Positions 31,299 through 41,019 of a stretch of 64,000 nucleotides of DNA are shown here, one piece after another (position 1 is the stretch's first letter; the number at the start of each line of letters is the position of its first letter). The notes beneath the pieces are model-generated. The model ran no database searches, was not told the DNA's origin, and was given only the letters and a program-made list of their open reading frames with translations. Made by a program: the position numbers and the translations under genes. This DNA comes from an uncultured delta proteobacterium (GTDB taxonomy: Bacteria; Desulfobacterota; Binatia; UBA9968), in contig CAWFJP010000031.1 of the NCBI GenBank assembly GCA_963816145.1, positions 224,001 to 288,000 of the forward strand, written 5' to 3'.

Positions 31299-32405
31299 AT
31301 GCTCAGCCGCGAAGCCAATGATCTTTTGATCCGAGTCGGGCCGCAGACTCTTTGTGGAGAGTACTTGCGCCGTTACTGGCACCCGGTGGCGTTAGCTGCG
31401 GAACTGACCGATGACAAGCCCAAAAAACGGATTCGCGTGTTGGGCGAGCAGCTGGTTTTGTACCGTCTTCCCGATGGCAGCCACGGCCTGATCGAGGAAG
31501 CCTGCTTGCATCGCCGGGCGTCGCTTTACTACGGCTTTATCGACGATGACGGACTGCGCTGCGCTTACCACGGCTGGAAATACGGTTTGGACGGCCGCTG
31601 TCTGGATCAACCCTTCGAAAAGGATCCAAATTTCAAAAGCAAAGTTTGCCATCGCGCCTACCCGGTGGAGAAGCTCGCCGGGCTGCTGTTTGCGTATCTC
31701 GGACCACCGGACAAGAAACCGCTGCTGCCGCGCTGGGATTACTTGGTGCGCGACGACTGGCCGCGCAAGATCGAAGTGCATCCGGTGCTCAACTGCAACT
31801 GGCTGCAGCCGATGGAAAACGCCGTCGACCCGAGCCATACCCGCTATCTCCATGGCGAAAGTTTCCGGCGCAAAGGGATGCGCCGGGACGTGTCGTACAT
31901 TCTGAAAAAGGTCGACCATTTCGAATACGACGCCAACCCATGGGGGATCATGAAGCGCCGGGTATTCGAAGACGGCGACAAAGAGATCGGCCATCTGCTG
32001 CTGATGCCGAATATGCTGCGTCATCCCGGTTCGCTGCACTTTCGCGTTCCCATCGATGACACGCATACACAGATTTACCGCATTATCCGACTGCTCGACG
32101 GCAAGAAGACCGCCGGGGATCTCGACGCCGACTTCGTCACCTACAAGAACGACGAAGAAGAGTTTCACATGGAAACCTTTCCGAGCCAGGACGCCATGGC
32201 TTGGGAAACCCAAGGGGCGATCACCGATCGAACCCAAGAAACCCTCGGCGACTCGGACCGCGGCATTACGATCTTTCGCAAGCTCCTGCGCGAGCAGATC
32301 GAGCTGGTCGCAAGCGGAGGCGAGCCGATGGCGCTGGTGCGCGACCCGGCAGTGAATCGGGTGATCAACTTCGTCACCACCGAATGGAAGGGCACCGAGG
32401 ACTAA
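31299..32405 (+). CDS. Rieske non-heme iron oxygenase, phthalate 4,5-dioxygenase / LigX-like oxygenase subunit
   Basis: Rieske ligands CLHR and CAYHGW; mononuclear Fe motif ENAVDPSHTRYLH; QDAMAWETQG. Confidence 0.9.
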   Translation: MLSREANDLLIRVGPQTLCGEYLRRYWHPVALAAELTDDKPKKRIRVLGEQLVLYRLPDGSHGLIEEACLHRRASLYYGFIDDDGLRCAYHGWKYGLDGRCLDQPFEKDPNFKSKVCHRAYPVEKLAGLLFAYLGPPDKKPLLPRWDYLVRDDWPRKIEVHPVLNCNWLQPMENAVDPSHTRYLHGESFRRKGMRRDVSYILKKVDHFEYDANPWGIMKRRVFEDGDKEIGHLLLMPNMLRHPGSLHFRVPIDDTHTQIYRIIRLLDGKKTAGDLDADFVTYKNDEEEFHMETFPSQDAMAWETQGAITDRTQETLGDSDRGITIFRKLLREQIELVASGGEPMALVRDPAVNRVINFVTTEWKGTED

Positions 32406-32441
32406 GCGCGCGCCACGCCACAAGAGAAGGGCAGGAAGCAC

Positions 32442-33566
32442 ATGATCTTCATCGACAACCAAACCGTCGCGAAAGTCCTAACCATGCAGGACACGCTTCG
32501 GGTAATCGAAAACGGCCATCAGGAATTGGCGCGTGGCGAGCTTGCCGGCAGGCCGCGGGTGGATGTCTATACGGAGACCCGGCGGCCGGAGGCGTTCCAC
32601 CGCTGGGGCACCATGGAGGGGTCGAGCAAAAGCTTGCAACGATTCGCGATCCGCATGAAGTCCGACGTGGTCAGCTGGCCGGTCAAACATGGCGTCAAGG
32701 TCGAAGATAAATATTGTGTCAAGCCCGGGCTTTATTGCGGCTTGATTATGCTCTTCAGCACCGACAACGGCGAGCCGCTGGCGATCATCAATGACGGCTA
32801 TCTGCAGCATCTCCGTGTCGGCGCGCAGTACGGCCTCGGCGCCAAATACTTGGCGCGCCAAGACGCTGCGGTGGTCGGCATGTTGGGTTCGGGTGGCATG
32901 GCGCACAGCCATCTGTTGGCGTTCGCCGCGGTGCGCAAAATTCACAAAGTGAAAATCTTCAGCCCGAACCGCGAGCATCGCGAACGCTTCGCGCGCGACA
33001 TGGAGCAGCAGCTCGACGCCGAGATGATTCCCTGCAATAGCGCCGAAGAGGCCGCCAAAGATGTCGATATCCTGGCCACCTGCACCAACGCCAAAGAGCC
33101 CACGGTGCATGCACGGATGCTCGAACCGGGCATGCACCTGACGCAGGTGTCAGGCGAATTCGCGGCTGACGTTTATGCCAAACTCGATGTCTGCATCGGC
33201 GGCGGTCCGGCGAGCCAGGTGGTCGAAGGCATTGGGATTGACGACGCCAGGGGATTTCCCACCTATCTCGCCGGCAGCGGTGCTGCGCTTGAGCAAGCCA
33301 AGGGGCGCGCGCGGCCGCGCGCCGGCAAGAAACAAGACTTCTCCGGCCGGCTGGTCTCCCTAGCGCACCTGATCACGGGCGAAACGGCGGGGCGGTTAAA
33401 CGACCAGGAAATCTCTGCGTCGAGCGGCGTGAAGGTCGGCGGCGAGGACAGCGTGAAGGGATTGCAGTTTGTTACCGTCGGCTCGCTGGTTTACGATCGC
33501 GCCAAAGCCGCTGGACTTGGACGAGAGCTGCCGACCGAATGGTTCTTGCAGGATATTCGCGATTAG
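32442..33566 (+). CDS. Ornithine cyclodeaminase / mu-crystallin family protein
   Basis: GEPLAIINDGYLQHLRVGA, GMLGSGGMA, ATCTNA, GLQFV. Confidence 0.87.
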   Translation: MIFIDNQTVAKVLTMQDTLRVIENGHQELARGELAGRPRVDVYTETRRPEAFHRWGTMEGSSKSLQRFAIRMKSDVVSWPVKHGVKVEDKYCVKPGLYCGLIMLFSTDNGEPLAIINDGYLQHLRVGAQYGLGAKYLARQDAAVVGMLGSGGMAHSHLLAFAAVRKIHKVKIFSPNREHRERFARDMEQQLDAEMIPCNSAEEAAKDVDILATCTNAKEPTVHARMLEPGMHLTQVSGEFAADVYAKLDVCIGGGPASQVVEGIGIDDARGFPTYLAGSGAALEQAKGRARPRAGKKQDFSGRLVSLAHLITGETAGRLNDQEISASSGVKVGGEDSVKGLQFVTVGSLVYDRAKAAGLGRELPTEWFLQDIRD

Positions 33567-33584
33567 GCGCGAACGTAGATAAGA

Positions 33585-33673
33585 ATGGCCGCAAAGAACT
33601 TAGCGCAGCAGAGCCGCAACCAAAGCAGAAACTGGGATTTCACCGCGGAGGCGCGGAGCTCACAGAGTTCGGA
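33585..33673 (+). repeat. Half copy of the composite 9-bp-periodic intergenic repeat
   Basis: ggccgcaaagaac-ttagcgcagcagagccgcaaccaaa-spacer-atttcaccgcggaggcgcggagctcacagagttcgga; same architecture as the reverse complement of 53827-53916. Confidence 0.7.
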
Positions 33674-33850
33674 TTGGCATTTCAATAAATATTCTTAGCT
33701 CCGGGAAGCGAAGGACTAGGGTGCCGGGTCAGACTTTATAGCTTAACGGGAAAGCCCCAGCATCAGCTCTAAGGTCGTCGCAAAAACAAGACGGTCGCCA
33801 TTACAAGCGATATTCCCTGCTCGGATCACCGGCATCCAGTTAAAGAGTAT

Positions 33851-34261
33851 TCAGGACGGCAACTTGCAGGGAACCGTCTGCCGGCTGTGGCGGCGATAAA
33901 TGCGGAAATCCGAGTCGGTGGTGAGGATTATCGGATCCGGGAACGTTTCGCTCATGCGCACAAGGCAGGCGTCGGCGAGGCTCATAGGAACGTCTGAATA
34001 TTTCTGAAGAAGCTTTGTTACTGATTCCACGTCATTGTCCAGATCAAAAGCCGCGACCAGCGCCCGGCGACGAAGCAGCTCGCTGAGTCCAGGGGCTCCG
34101 CGCGGGCCGAGAAGATAGAAGGCTTCGGATAATACGGCTTCGCAAGTGCGCCAGGGCGGAGCGTAGTCGGGCGCGATCGTCGCCGCCCACTCGTGCTGGG
34201 AGTCACGGCGACTTAGCAGCGCCACTAAGAAGCCCGCGTCAACCAGAACGCTTCTGGCCAT
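33851..34261 (-). CDS. vapC: PIN-domain toxin (VapC family)
   Basis: VLVDAGFLVAL, EAVLSEA, MSLADACLV, TTDSDFRIYR. Confidence 0.88.
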   Translation of the reverse strand: MARSVLVDAGFLVALLSRRDSQHEWAATIAPDYAPPWRTCEAVLSEAFYLLGPRGAPGLSELLRRRALVAAFDLDNDVESVTKLLQKYSDVPMSLADACLVRMSETFPDPIILTTDSDFRIYRRHSRQTVPCKLPS

Positions 34262-34496
34262 ACCCGGTGGCTTTCAGGTAGCGCTTCTTTCGCGAGCTCA
34301 GATCAACTGGCAAACCATCGACGGAACCAATGAGATCGGCAATGGCGTCCAGCGGCGTGGATTGACCTCTGGTTGGTCGAGCGGCGCGTTGCAAGCGCTG
34401 GCGAACGACGTCGGATTTCGAACACTTGCGGCCACGCGACTCCCGCTCGATCTCGGCGACGAGCGGCTCCGGCAAGCGTACCGTCAAAGTTTTCAT
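34239..34496 (-). CDS. Ribbon-helix-helix (CopG-like) antitoxin
   Basis: MKTLTVRLPEPL...SKSDVVRQRL; overlaps the vapC start by 23 nt. Confidence 0.85.
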   Translation of the reverse strand: MKTLTVRLPEPLVAEIERESRGRKCSKSDVVRQRLQRAARPTRGQSTPLDAIADLIGSVDGLPVDLSSRKKRYLKATGYGQKRSG

Positions 34497-34598
34497 AGCA
34501 TGAGAGTATTACAGTCCTGCCGGGTATGCAAGACATTTTGTAGCGGGCGCAGGGTTAGGATGTCTTCGAAGTTTGACAGGGGAAATCCTGTATCTGAT

Positions 34599-35261
34599 TC
34601 ACCCGGTGCATTTCGCTGCGAAATGATCCCAGGCGCGTTCCACCGACGTTGGTTTGAAAGTCCGTTTGGCGATCTTCTCGGCCTCGTCGCGCTCCATGAA
34701 CATCGGGGCGCCCAACCGCATAGCTTCGGTTTGCAGCCGTGCCGACTCTTCCAAGAAAAGCCCCAGCATGCAGACTTCACGGATCGACTGGCCGACGACT
34801 ACCGCACCATGGCCGCGCAGCATAAGTGCCTTGGCATCGCCCAAGAGCTTGGCCATTTCCCCGGCTCGCGCCGGCGACTCGACCTGGCCGGTGCCGGTGT
34901 AGAGCGGCACGCCTTGGTAGAAGATCGCGCTGTAGTTGTGCATCGGCCGGATGGTTTGGCCGACCACGCTCAGGAGCACCACCGCCGGCGAATGAAAGTG
35001 AAAAACTGCCTTGACGTCGGGACGGGCTTTGTAAATCGCCTGATGCAAGGCGGACTGCGGCACCGGTCTGTCGAAGTCGACGAAGAACAACTCGTCCTTC
35101 TGCACCAGCGCCGGGCTCTTGCGCGGCATGAACATCATTTCGTTGCCGTCATGGCTGCGCGCGCTCAAATGGGCAAAGGCGTCGCTCAACCCTTCACGAT
35201 AGATAATCCGCAGCGCCGTGATGAAATCGCTTTTTACCGGAGTGTAGGTATCTTCAATCAT
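34599..35261 (-). CDS. Class II aldolase/adducin family protein
   Basis: AHLSAR, LHQAIYKARPDVKAVFHFHSP, LMLRGHG. Confidence 0.9.
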   Translation of the reverse strand: MIEDTYTPVKSDFITALRIIYREGLSDAFAHLSARSHDGNEMMFMPRKSPALVQKDELFFVDFDRPVPQSALHQAIYKARPDVKAVFHFHSPAVVLLSVVGQTIRPMHNYSAIFYQGVPLYTGTGQVESPARAGEMAKLLGDAKALMLRGHGAVVVGQSIREVCMLGLFLEESARLQTEAMRLGAPMFMERDEAEKIAKRTFKPTSVERAWDHFAAKCTG

Positions 35262-35535
35262 GCTTCACTTTCCTTTTTGGCTGGACGAGTCATGAGTCAC
35301 ACCTCAAGGGTTCAATTGCCCAATTGGCGCGTAGTCAACGAGCGGCTTTCGCATCGCCTTAAGTTTATTCTCTCCCAGCATCAAAGATCAACCGCGGCAG
35401 TGGCAACGGCAAGATGCAAGACAGGATGGCGCCGGTAAACGGTTTTCATAGGCGGACGGCTGGCTACCTTTAAACGGGGTTTTTGGGATATGTCTAGGGG
35501 CAAGATCTTCGCATATAAAAAAGGAGGACTCATCC

Positions 35536-35928
35536 ATGGCAAAGACGACGCTCAATCCGGACGGACTTGCGGTGCCGCGTGGGAGTTATTCGTTGGTCAA
35601 TATCGCCCAACCTGGCCGTATGGTATTCATCGCCGGACAAACGGCTTCGGATCATGAAGGCAAAGTCGTCGGCGACGGCGATCCGCGCGCGCAGACGCGC
35701 GCTGTGCTCGGCAAGATCAAGCTGGCGGTGGAAGCCGCCGGCGGCGCGATGGCGGACATCGTGGCGATGAATGTGTTCACCACGGATGTGCGTTATCACC
35801 GCGACATTAACGAGACCCGCCGTGAAGTGTTGGGCGCAAACTTCCCGACCAGCACGATGGTCCAAGTGGTGGCGCTGGCGCGGCCCGAATTGTTGTTGGA
35901 GATCAACGCCATCGCGGTGATCCCTTGA
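35536..35928 (+). CDS. RidA/YjgF family protein
   Basis: VFIAGQ, FPTSTMVQVVALARPELLLEINAIAV; RBS ggagg. Confidence 0.88.
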   Translation: MAKTTLNPDGLAVPRGSYSLVNIAQPGRMVFIAGQTASDHEGKVVGDGDPRAQTRAVLGKIKLAVEAAGGAMADIVAMNVFTTDVRYHRDINETRREVLGANFPTSTMVQVVALARPELLLEINAIAVIP

Positions 35929-36075
35929 AGCGCCGCAATCGCGGCGCCGGCAGACCCGCTCAGGTCATGCAATGCCATAATTCGCGAACTCGGCGCGTCG
36001 AGCGCCAGGTCCATGCATTGACTGAATGGTTATCTAGTAGCCTGGCTAATCTCGGGTCAATCTCGCTCGCGGATT

Positions 36076-36645
36076 TCAGCACTTCCGGCAGATGAGATCG
36101 CCCTTGGGAAACGGTAATAAAACCGCGTCGACGCGCGGATCGTTGTAGGCGCGTTTGATGAACTCGCTCTGCATGCGCGGCGAGGTGACGTTATCGACCA
36201 CCAGCCAGCCGCCGGGCACCAGGCGCGGCACGACGAGTTCATAAATTTTGGCGTTGTTCTCCGGCGGTTCGATGTCGGAGAAGCAAAACGCTAGCGGTTC
36301 CGGCTGATTCGCGAAGTCGAAGGCGTTGCCCTGGTGAACTTGTACTGAACCGTCCGCGCCGGCTTTGGCGATATTGGCCCGGGCCAAGGCGACCTTCTTT
36401 TCATCGAGATCGACCGTGGTCAGGGTGACGCCTTTGGCGCGCGCCGCCAGCGAGAGCCAGATACTGGAATAGCCGCCGCTGCTGCCGAGCTCGAGAAAGG
36501 CGCCCGGCGGCGCCGACATAGCTAGCAGCGAGAGCACCCGCGCGACATCGGTGTCGACGCTGCGCAGCGACCGTTGATCGCGCGCCAGTTGCTCTTCCAT
36601 GGTCTGCATCACCTCCCGCATGCCGGCGGAAATGTCATGAAACAT
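36076..36645 (-). CDS. Class I SAM-dependent O-methyltransferase
   Basis: LELGSSGGYSSIWL, GGWLVVDNV; start overlaps the radical SAM stop by 11 nt. Confidence 0.87.
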   Translation of the reverse strand: MFHDISAGMREVMQTMEEQLARDQRSLRSVDTDVARVLSLLAMSAPPGAFLELGSSGGYSSIWLSLAARAKGVTLTTVDLDEKKVALARANIAKAGADGSVQVHQGNAFDFANQPEPLAFCFSDIEPPENNAKIYELVVPRLVPGGWLVVDNVTSPRMQSEFIKRAYNDPRVDAVLLPFPKGDLICRKC

Positions 36646-38053
36646 GAGCGCCCTCCGCGATGTTCTCCCATGGCACGCTGCGCCGGTCGATCTGCGCTTG
36701 GACATCGGCCGGGAATAAATTTTCCTTCAACATCACATAGTCGCCGTAACAGCCATGCACCGGACCGAGCAGATTGCGCTCGGCCAGGAGGCCCCCCTTG
36801 CGTGTGCCGAACTTCGGCAGCTTGTCGCGATATTTCTGGTACAGCTCGTACCAAGTGCGCGTCATCAGAATGTAATAGTCCAACGGCACCGGCGGCTGCT
36901 CGGCTTCCTTGCACAGTGCCGTGGACGGCTCGCGGCGCCACTGCTGCGGCCGCGGGAAAATGCCGCGTGACATCAAGTATTCGAATCCGGAAGTCGTCGA
37001 CTTGACCGCTTCCTCGACGGTCTTGAAGCCATGGGGCCGCGCCATTTCGATGCCCGAGACGAAGCTCGGCTGGACCATGCCATTGCCGAACACTTCCACC
37101 GCGTCTTCCATCCAGCGCACCCAGTTGTCCCAGCCGACCCGCTCGGCCTTGCCGGGATTGATCCAGGGAAAGAGATCTTTGTCCCAGATTTCCATGTTGA
37201 AGTGGATATGGTCGGCGCCGGCGTCTTTGTAGCGCTGCACTTCGTCGCGCGGCCGGGCGTTGACTTCGAAAGTGATGCGCGGTTTGGTCGGGATGTTTTT
37301 GATCGCGCGGATATACTCTTCGTAAAAATCGACTTCGCTTTTGCCGTGCAGCGTCTTGGTGATGCTGCCGCCGCTGAGCACGAAGCCTTGCCCCGCGCCG
37401 ATCTTTTGCGCGTCGCCGGCGACATGCTCGCATACCGTGACCACGTCGGCCACCGATTTCACCGGCGCGTTGAGCGTGAAATCGCGCGACAGCTTCATCT
37501 GGCGCGCGTTCTCGTTGATATCGCAGAACTTGCATTCTTCCTTGGCGCCCCAGTACTGGCAATTGCGAAAGATCGTGATGAACGAACCGAAGGCGACGAT
37601 CTCGTGATAGGGTGTGCCGTCGGGCAGGCTCTTGAAATAGTAATCCGGCGTTTTGGGAATCCGCACATGAGATACGACTTGCCCGTCGACGGTCAAAACC
37701 AGCCGCCCGTCGACGACGTCGACCAGATACGGTGAATCGGGCGATAGCGATGTTTGGATCGCCACCGGCCGCATGTCGTAGGGGCCATTGAGCAAAACAA
37801 AATGCTCCGGCACGCGCCGATGCTCGTTCCTTTTAAAATACGACATCGGCACCAGGTCGTACGAGAACAAGCGATAGGATTTGACCAGCGCTCCTTCCGA
37901 GGCATCCAATGCTGCATCGCTGAACCAGTGGCCGAGGCTCAACATATGCTGCTTGAGAATCGTCTCCTTCGGAACATCGGGGTACTTGTTGAAATAGCCC
38001 TCGAGGATTTCGAGATTGGACTTGGCTGTCGTCGCGTTCTTAACCATATGCAC
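36635..38053 (-). CDS. Radical SAM protein with a non-canonical CX8CX2C motif
   Basis: NCQYWGAKEECKFC, LSGGSI, FNMEIWD, NPGK, FVSGIE. Confidence 0.85.
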   Translation of the reverse strand: MHMVKNATTAKSNLEILEGYFNKYPDVPKETILKQHMLSLGHWFSDAALDASEGALVKSYRLFSYDLVPMSYFKRNEHRRVPEHFVLLNGPYDMRPVAIQTSLSPDSPYLVDVVDGRLVLTVDGQVVSHVRIPKTPDYYFKSLPDGTPYHEIVAFGSFITIFRNCQYWGAKEECKFCDINENARQMKLSRDFTLNAPVKSVADVVTVCEHVAGDAQKIGAGQGFVLSGGSITKTLHGKSEVDFYEEYIRAIKNIPTKPRITFEVNARPRDEVQRYKDAGADHIHFNMEIWDKDLFPWINPGKAERVGWDNWVRWMEDAVEVFGNGMVQPSFVSGIEMARPHGFKTVEEAVKSTTSGFEYLMSRGIFPRPQQWRREPSTALCKEAEQPPVPLDYYILMTRTWYELYQKYRDKLPKFGTRKGGLLAERNLLGPVHGCYGDYVMLKENLFPADVQAQIDRRSVPWENIAEGAHVS

Positions 38054-38108
38054 GGACCCTTTCGTTGCCGGCTTCGTGAATAGTTTTAACCCGGCGCCTT
38101 CGTTCTGT

Positions 38109-39239
38109 CTACTTTAGCAGCGCATGCGCCGCCTTCAACGCCGGTTTGCGCACCTTATCGAATTTTTCTTCCGACTGATTCTCGACTTGCCAAAACTCAT
38201 CCGCCGACATCACATCTTTGGCCGCGATGGTGCCGGTTTCTCGCAACCAGCGGGTATCGACATCGTTGCGCCGCGTCGCTTGCGCCAGGCCGCGGGAGAA
38301 AACCTCTTGGCCGTCGCGGCTGAGCAGCCAATTGACGAATACCTTGGTGCTGTTCGGATGGGCCGGCGCTTTGATGATCGCCAGATTACCGCTGCCGCCG
38401 GTGCCAAACGTGCCTTCTTTCAGAGTCGGCAGCGGCTTCACCGGCAATCCGGCTTTCACGAACGGGAGAAAAGAATAGTAGGTGTTGCCGATCAACAAAG
38501 CGACGCGCCCCTTGGCCAGACCTTCCGAGAGCACCCGCTGATCGCGGCCGATATATAAATCCTGCGCCGCGAGACTCTTGAGATACTCCTCGCCTTTGAC
38601 CTGCCACATGTAGGACCAGTTGGCGTCGCCGCCGCCGGGCGTGCGCGGATCGAGAATGCCGATCTTGCCTTTCCACTTCGGGTTGAGGAAATCGTCGAAC
38701 GAACGAAGCTCATTCAGCTTGACCAGATCGGTGTTGTACCAAATACTCTCCGGCAGATAGGCTTGGAACATGTAAACAAAACGCTTGGCAGCATCAACCC
38801 ACAGATGGCCGCCCCACCACTGTTTGGGATCTCTAACTTCGGGCAGCACGAGCCAGGGATCGATTGCATCGATAATGCCTTCGTCGAGCATGCCGGAGAT
38901 GATCGAAGAAGAACCGCCGATATGGAGATCGAAATAGCGCACACCGGCTTTGAATTCGTCCGCCATCCGGCGCACGCCGGTGCTGCCGCGCGCCGTGAAG
39001 ACCTCCACTTCGATACCGTAGCGTTTCTTGAATTGCTCCTCGATTTGTCGTTTCAACTCGGCGCTGGCCGGGAGCGATACCGTGACCTTGCCCTCTTTGC
39101 GCGCGGCATCGACCAACTTGTCCCATTCCGGCGCGCTTGCGGCTTTGCTTGGTTGGCCGTAAACCGCGGGAGCCAAAATTAGGGCGCCGAAAAGCGCGAC
39201 TGCTAACACACTTCTCGCGATGATGATCGGGACTGGCAT
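38109..39239 (-). CDS. Extracellular solute-binding protein
   Basis: Signal peptide, EWDKLVDAARKEGKV, LNPKWKGKI, AHPNSTKVFVNWLLSRDGQ. Confidence 0.87.
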   Translation of the reverse strand: MPVPIIIARSVLAVALFGALILAPAVYGQPSKAASAPEWDKLVDAARKEGKVTVSLPASAELKRQIEEQFKKRYGIEVEVFTARGSTGVRRMADEFKAGVRYFDLHIGGSSSIISGMLDEGIIDAIDPWLVLPEVRDPKQWWGGHLWVDAAKRFVYMFQAYLPESIWYNTDLVKLNELRSFDDFLNPKWKGKIGILDPRTPGGGDANWSYMWQVKGEEYLKSLAAQDLYIGRDQRVLSEGLAKGRVALLIGNTYYSFLPFVKAGLPVKPLPTLKEGTFGTGGSGNLAIIKAPAHPNSTKVFVNWLLSRDGQEVFSRGLAQATRRNDVDTRWLRETGTIAAKDVMSADEFWQVENQSEEKFDKVRKPALKAAHALLK

Positions 39240-39457
39240 CCTGCGATCTCCACTACGCCAAAAAAATTACGCGCGCGCTAAGTGAATACATCTGTGGAAG
39301 CTTTTTGCTTGACGGAGTATTAGTTCTTTTAATGGAATCTATTGATATGTCAAGGATATTTGCGATGGACGTCAATGTCTTTGGGTGACGATGTGGCAAC
39401 CTCGAATAAATCGAAGTTGCACCGTTGTCGAGGCAGAATGAATGGCCGCAAGCAGTA

Positions 39458-40033
39458 TCATTTGCCGAACTTCATCGCCTTCGGACGGGCCAGGAGTCGA
39501 TCGACATAGGCCTCGAGCGCCGGCCGGCCTGGGGGCGCGCCGAAGATGCGCTTCCAAATGAACATGGAGCCGATCATGACGTCGGCGGCGGTGAACCAGT
39601 CGCCGAATAAATAGGGCCCCTTGCCGAGCTCCCCCTCGACAACGTCCTGCGCCGTCGCGAAATCAGTCCAGCCGCGTTGGGGCAAGTGTTCCACTTTCAA
39701 CAACGCGTCGCCCATCGCCGGTTCGAGTTGGGAGGTCGAGTAGACCATCAACGACAGATAGCGGCCGCGCTCGGGCGCGCCGATTGCGGGTGCCAGGTTG
39801 GCGTGGGAGAATTTGTCGCCAAGATACAAGCAGATCGCCGCCCCCTCGAAGATTTTCGCATCGCCGTCTTCGAGTGCGGGCAGCTTGCCGGCCGGGTTGA
39901 TCTTGAGAAACTCCGGCGTCTTGTGCTCGCGCTTGGTAAAATCGATGGGCACGATGTCATATTGCGCATCGCACTCGTCGAGCATCCACTTGGCGATCAC
40001 GGCGCGGCTTTGCGGATTGTAGTAGAGCTTCAT
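39458..40033 (-). CDS. Glutathione S-transferase family protein
   Basis: MKLYYNPQSRA, INPAGKLPAL, FTAADV. Confidence 0.92.
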   Translation of the reverse strand: MKLYYNPQSRAVIAKWMLDECDAQYDIVPIDFTKREHKTPEFLKINPAGKLPALEDGDAKIFEGAAICLYLGDKFSHANLAPAIGAPERGRYLSLMVYSTSQLEPAMGDALLKVEHLPQRGWTDFATAQDVVEGELGKGPYLFGDWFTAADVMIGSMFIWKRIFGAPPGRPALEAYVDRLLARPKAMKFGK

Positions 40034-40182
40034 GGCATCACCTTTCATTCGAATTTACGGTTCGATGTTCTTCATAAAGTTTCTAAAGTAAGCGGTGTGA
40101 AATCAACCCGGCTCGGGAAATTTTGACTTTAGACGATCTGCTCAAGCGCCGTCGCTGCATGAGGATAATCCGCGGACCATGT

Positions 40183-40728
40183 TCAATGTTTGCGAAATTG
40201 TCGCCGCAAGCTGTTTGGGGCGTTAGCGCAGTTGCCGCTTCTGCGGCAACGCACGACAAGCCAACAATAGACAATCAGCAAAGCGGCGTAATTGGCGGCC
40301 ATGAGCCACGGCGTAGTCCACGGGACGCCGTCGACGAACGGTGTCGGCAATGGCCAGAGAAAAGGCGTCGGGAAGTAGCGCGTAACATGGGTGGGAATAT
40401 CGCAAACGATATGCAGCAGCCATGCAGCGAGCAGCCATGGAGGTTTCTTGATCAGCGCCCACAGCAACATGAAAGCGGCCGCCCAAACGATCAGACTGTG
40501 CGTCATATTATACGCGTGAAAGACGTACGGCGGCAGCGTCGACAGGGCCGGCGGTCCGGAGATATTTCCCAGTAAACGTTCGGTGATCCACCCGGGATGG
40601 GCGACGTGGAAAACCCCAAACGATAATAGGTCCGGCGCCATGCCGAGCGTGGCGCCCGCTAGGAACTGCTTGCGCCCCTGCGAATAAAATAGCGCGCCGC
40701 CCCACAGTCCATGTGCAACGACGTCCAT
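40183..40728 (-). CDS. Membrane-bound metal-dependent hydrolase (YdjM-like)
   Basis: AHGLWG, MAPDL, THSL, LHIVCDIPTH. Confidence 0.75.
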   Translation of the reverse strand: MDVVAHGLWGGALFYSQGRKQFLAGATLGMAPDLLSFGVFHVAHPGWITERLLGNISGPPALSTLPPYVFHAYNMTHSLIVWAAAFMLLWALIKKPPWLLAAWLLHIVCDIPTHVTRYFPTPFLWPLPTPFVDGVPWTTPWLMAANYAALLIVYCWLVVRCRRSGNCANAPNSLRRQFRKH

Positions 40729-40965
40729 ACGAGTTAACGATAGCGTGGTTTGCCGGTGATCGCAGAAGAGTTTTGAAATCGAGGCATGGGGCGAGAACGT
40801 TGTTTACGTTCGTTTCACTGTAATCAGAAAAGCGTTGGTGTGAAAGAGCCGGAGTTCCGGCGATGGGGGTGAAGAGTGACGGGATGTTACCGGAGCAAAA
40901 TAATCTCGCGTACCAAGAGGACCAGCGGCGCGCGGCCGGAACCAGCGCGCAGCAAATTGCGCAGT

Positions 40966-41000
40966 AGCGGCAAGGGAGGCGTTTTGTCTCCCTTGCCGCT
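40966..41000. terminator. Hairpin downstream of hsp20
   Basis: agcggcaagggaggc-gtttt-gtctcccttgccgct, 20 nt past the hsp20 stop. Confidence 0.65.
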
Positions 41001-41019
41001 TTGCGTTACAAGCAGCTAA

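Noticed and set aside
31392-32462. Long antisense ORFs (also 34362-35438, 41822-42898, 59351-60166) and alternate-frame ORFs such as 46070-47080
   Set aside because: Shadows of well-supported genes in GC-rich DNA, with no recognisable motifs.
33851-34496. vapBC pair as part of a prophage or defence island
   Set aside because: Isolated TA module; no integrase, phage or other defence genes adjacent.
35926-36075. Further Sec read-through at other TGA stops (RidA, GST, DinB end)
   Set aside because: These proteins are full-length for their families at the TGA, and no redox motif or SECIS-like hairpin follows.
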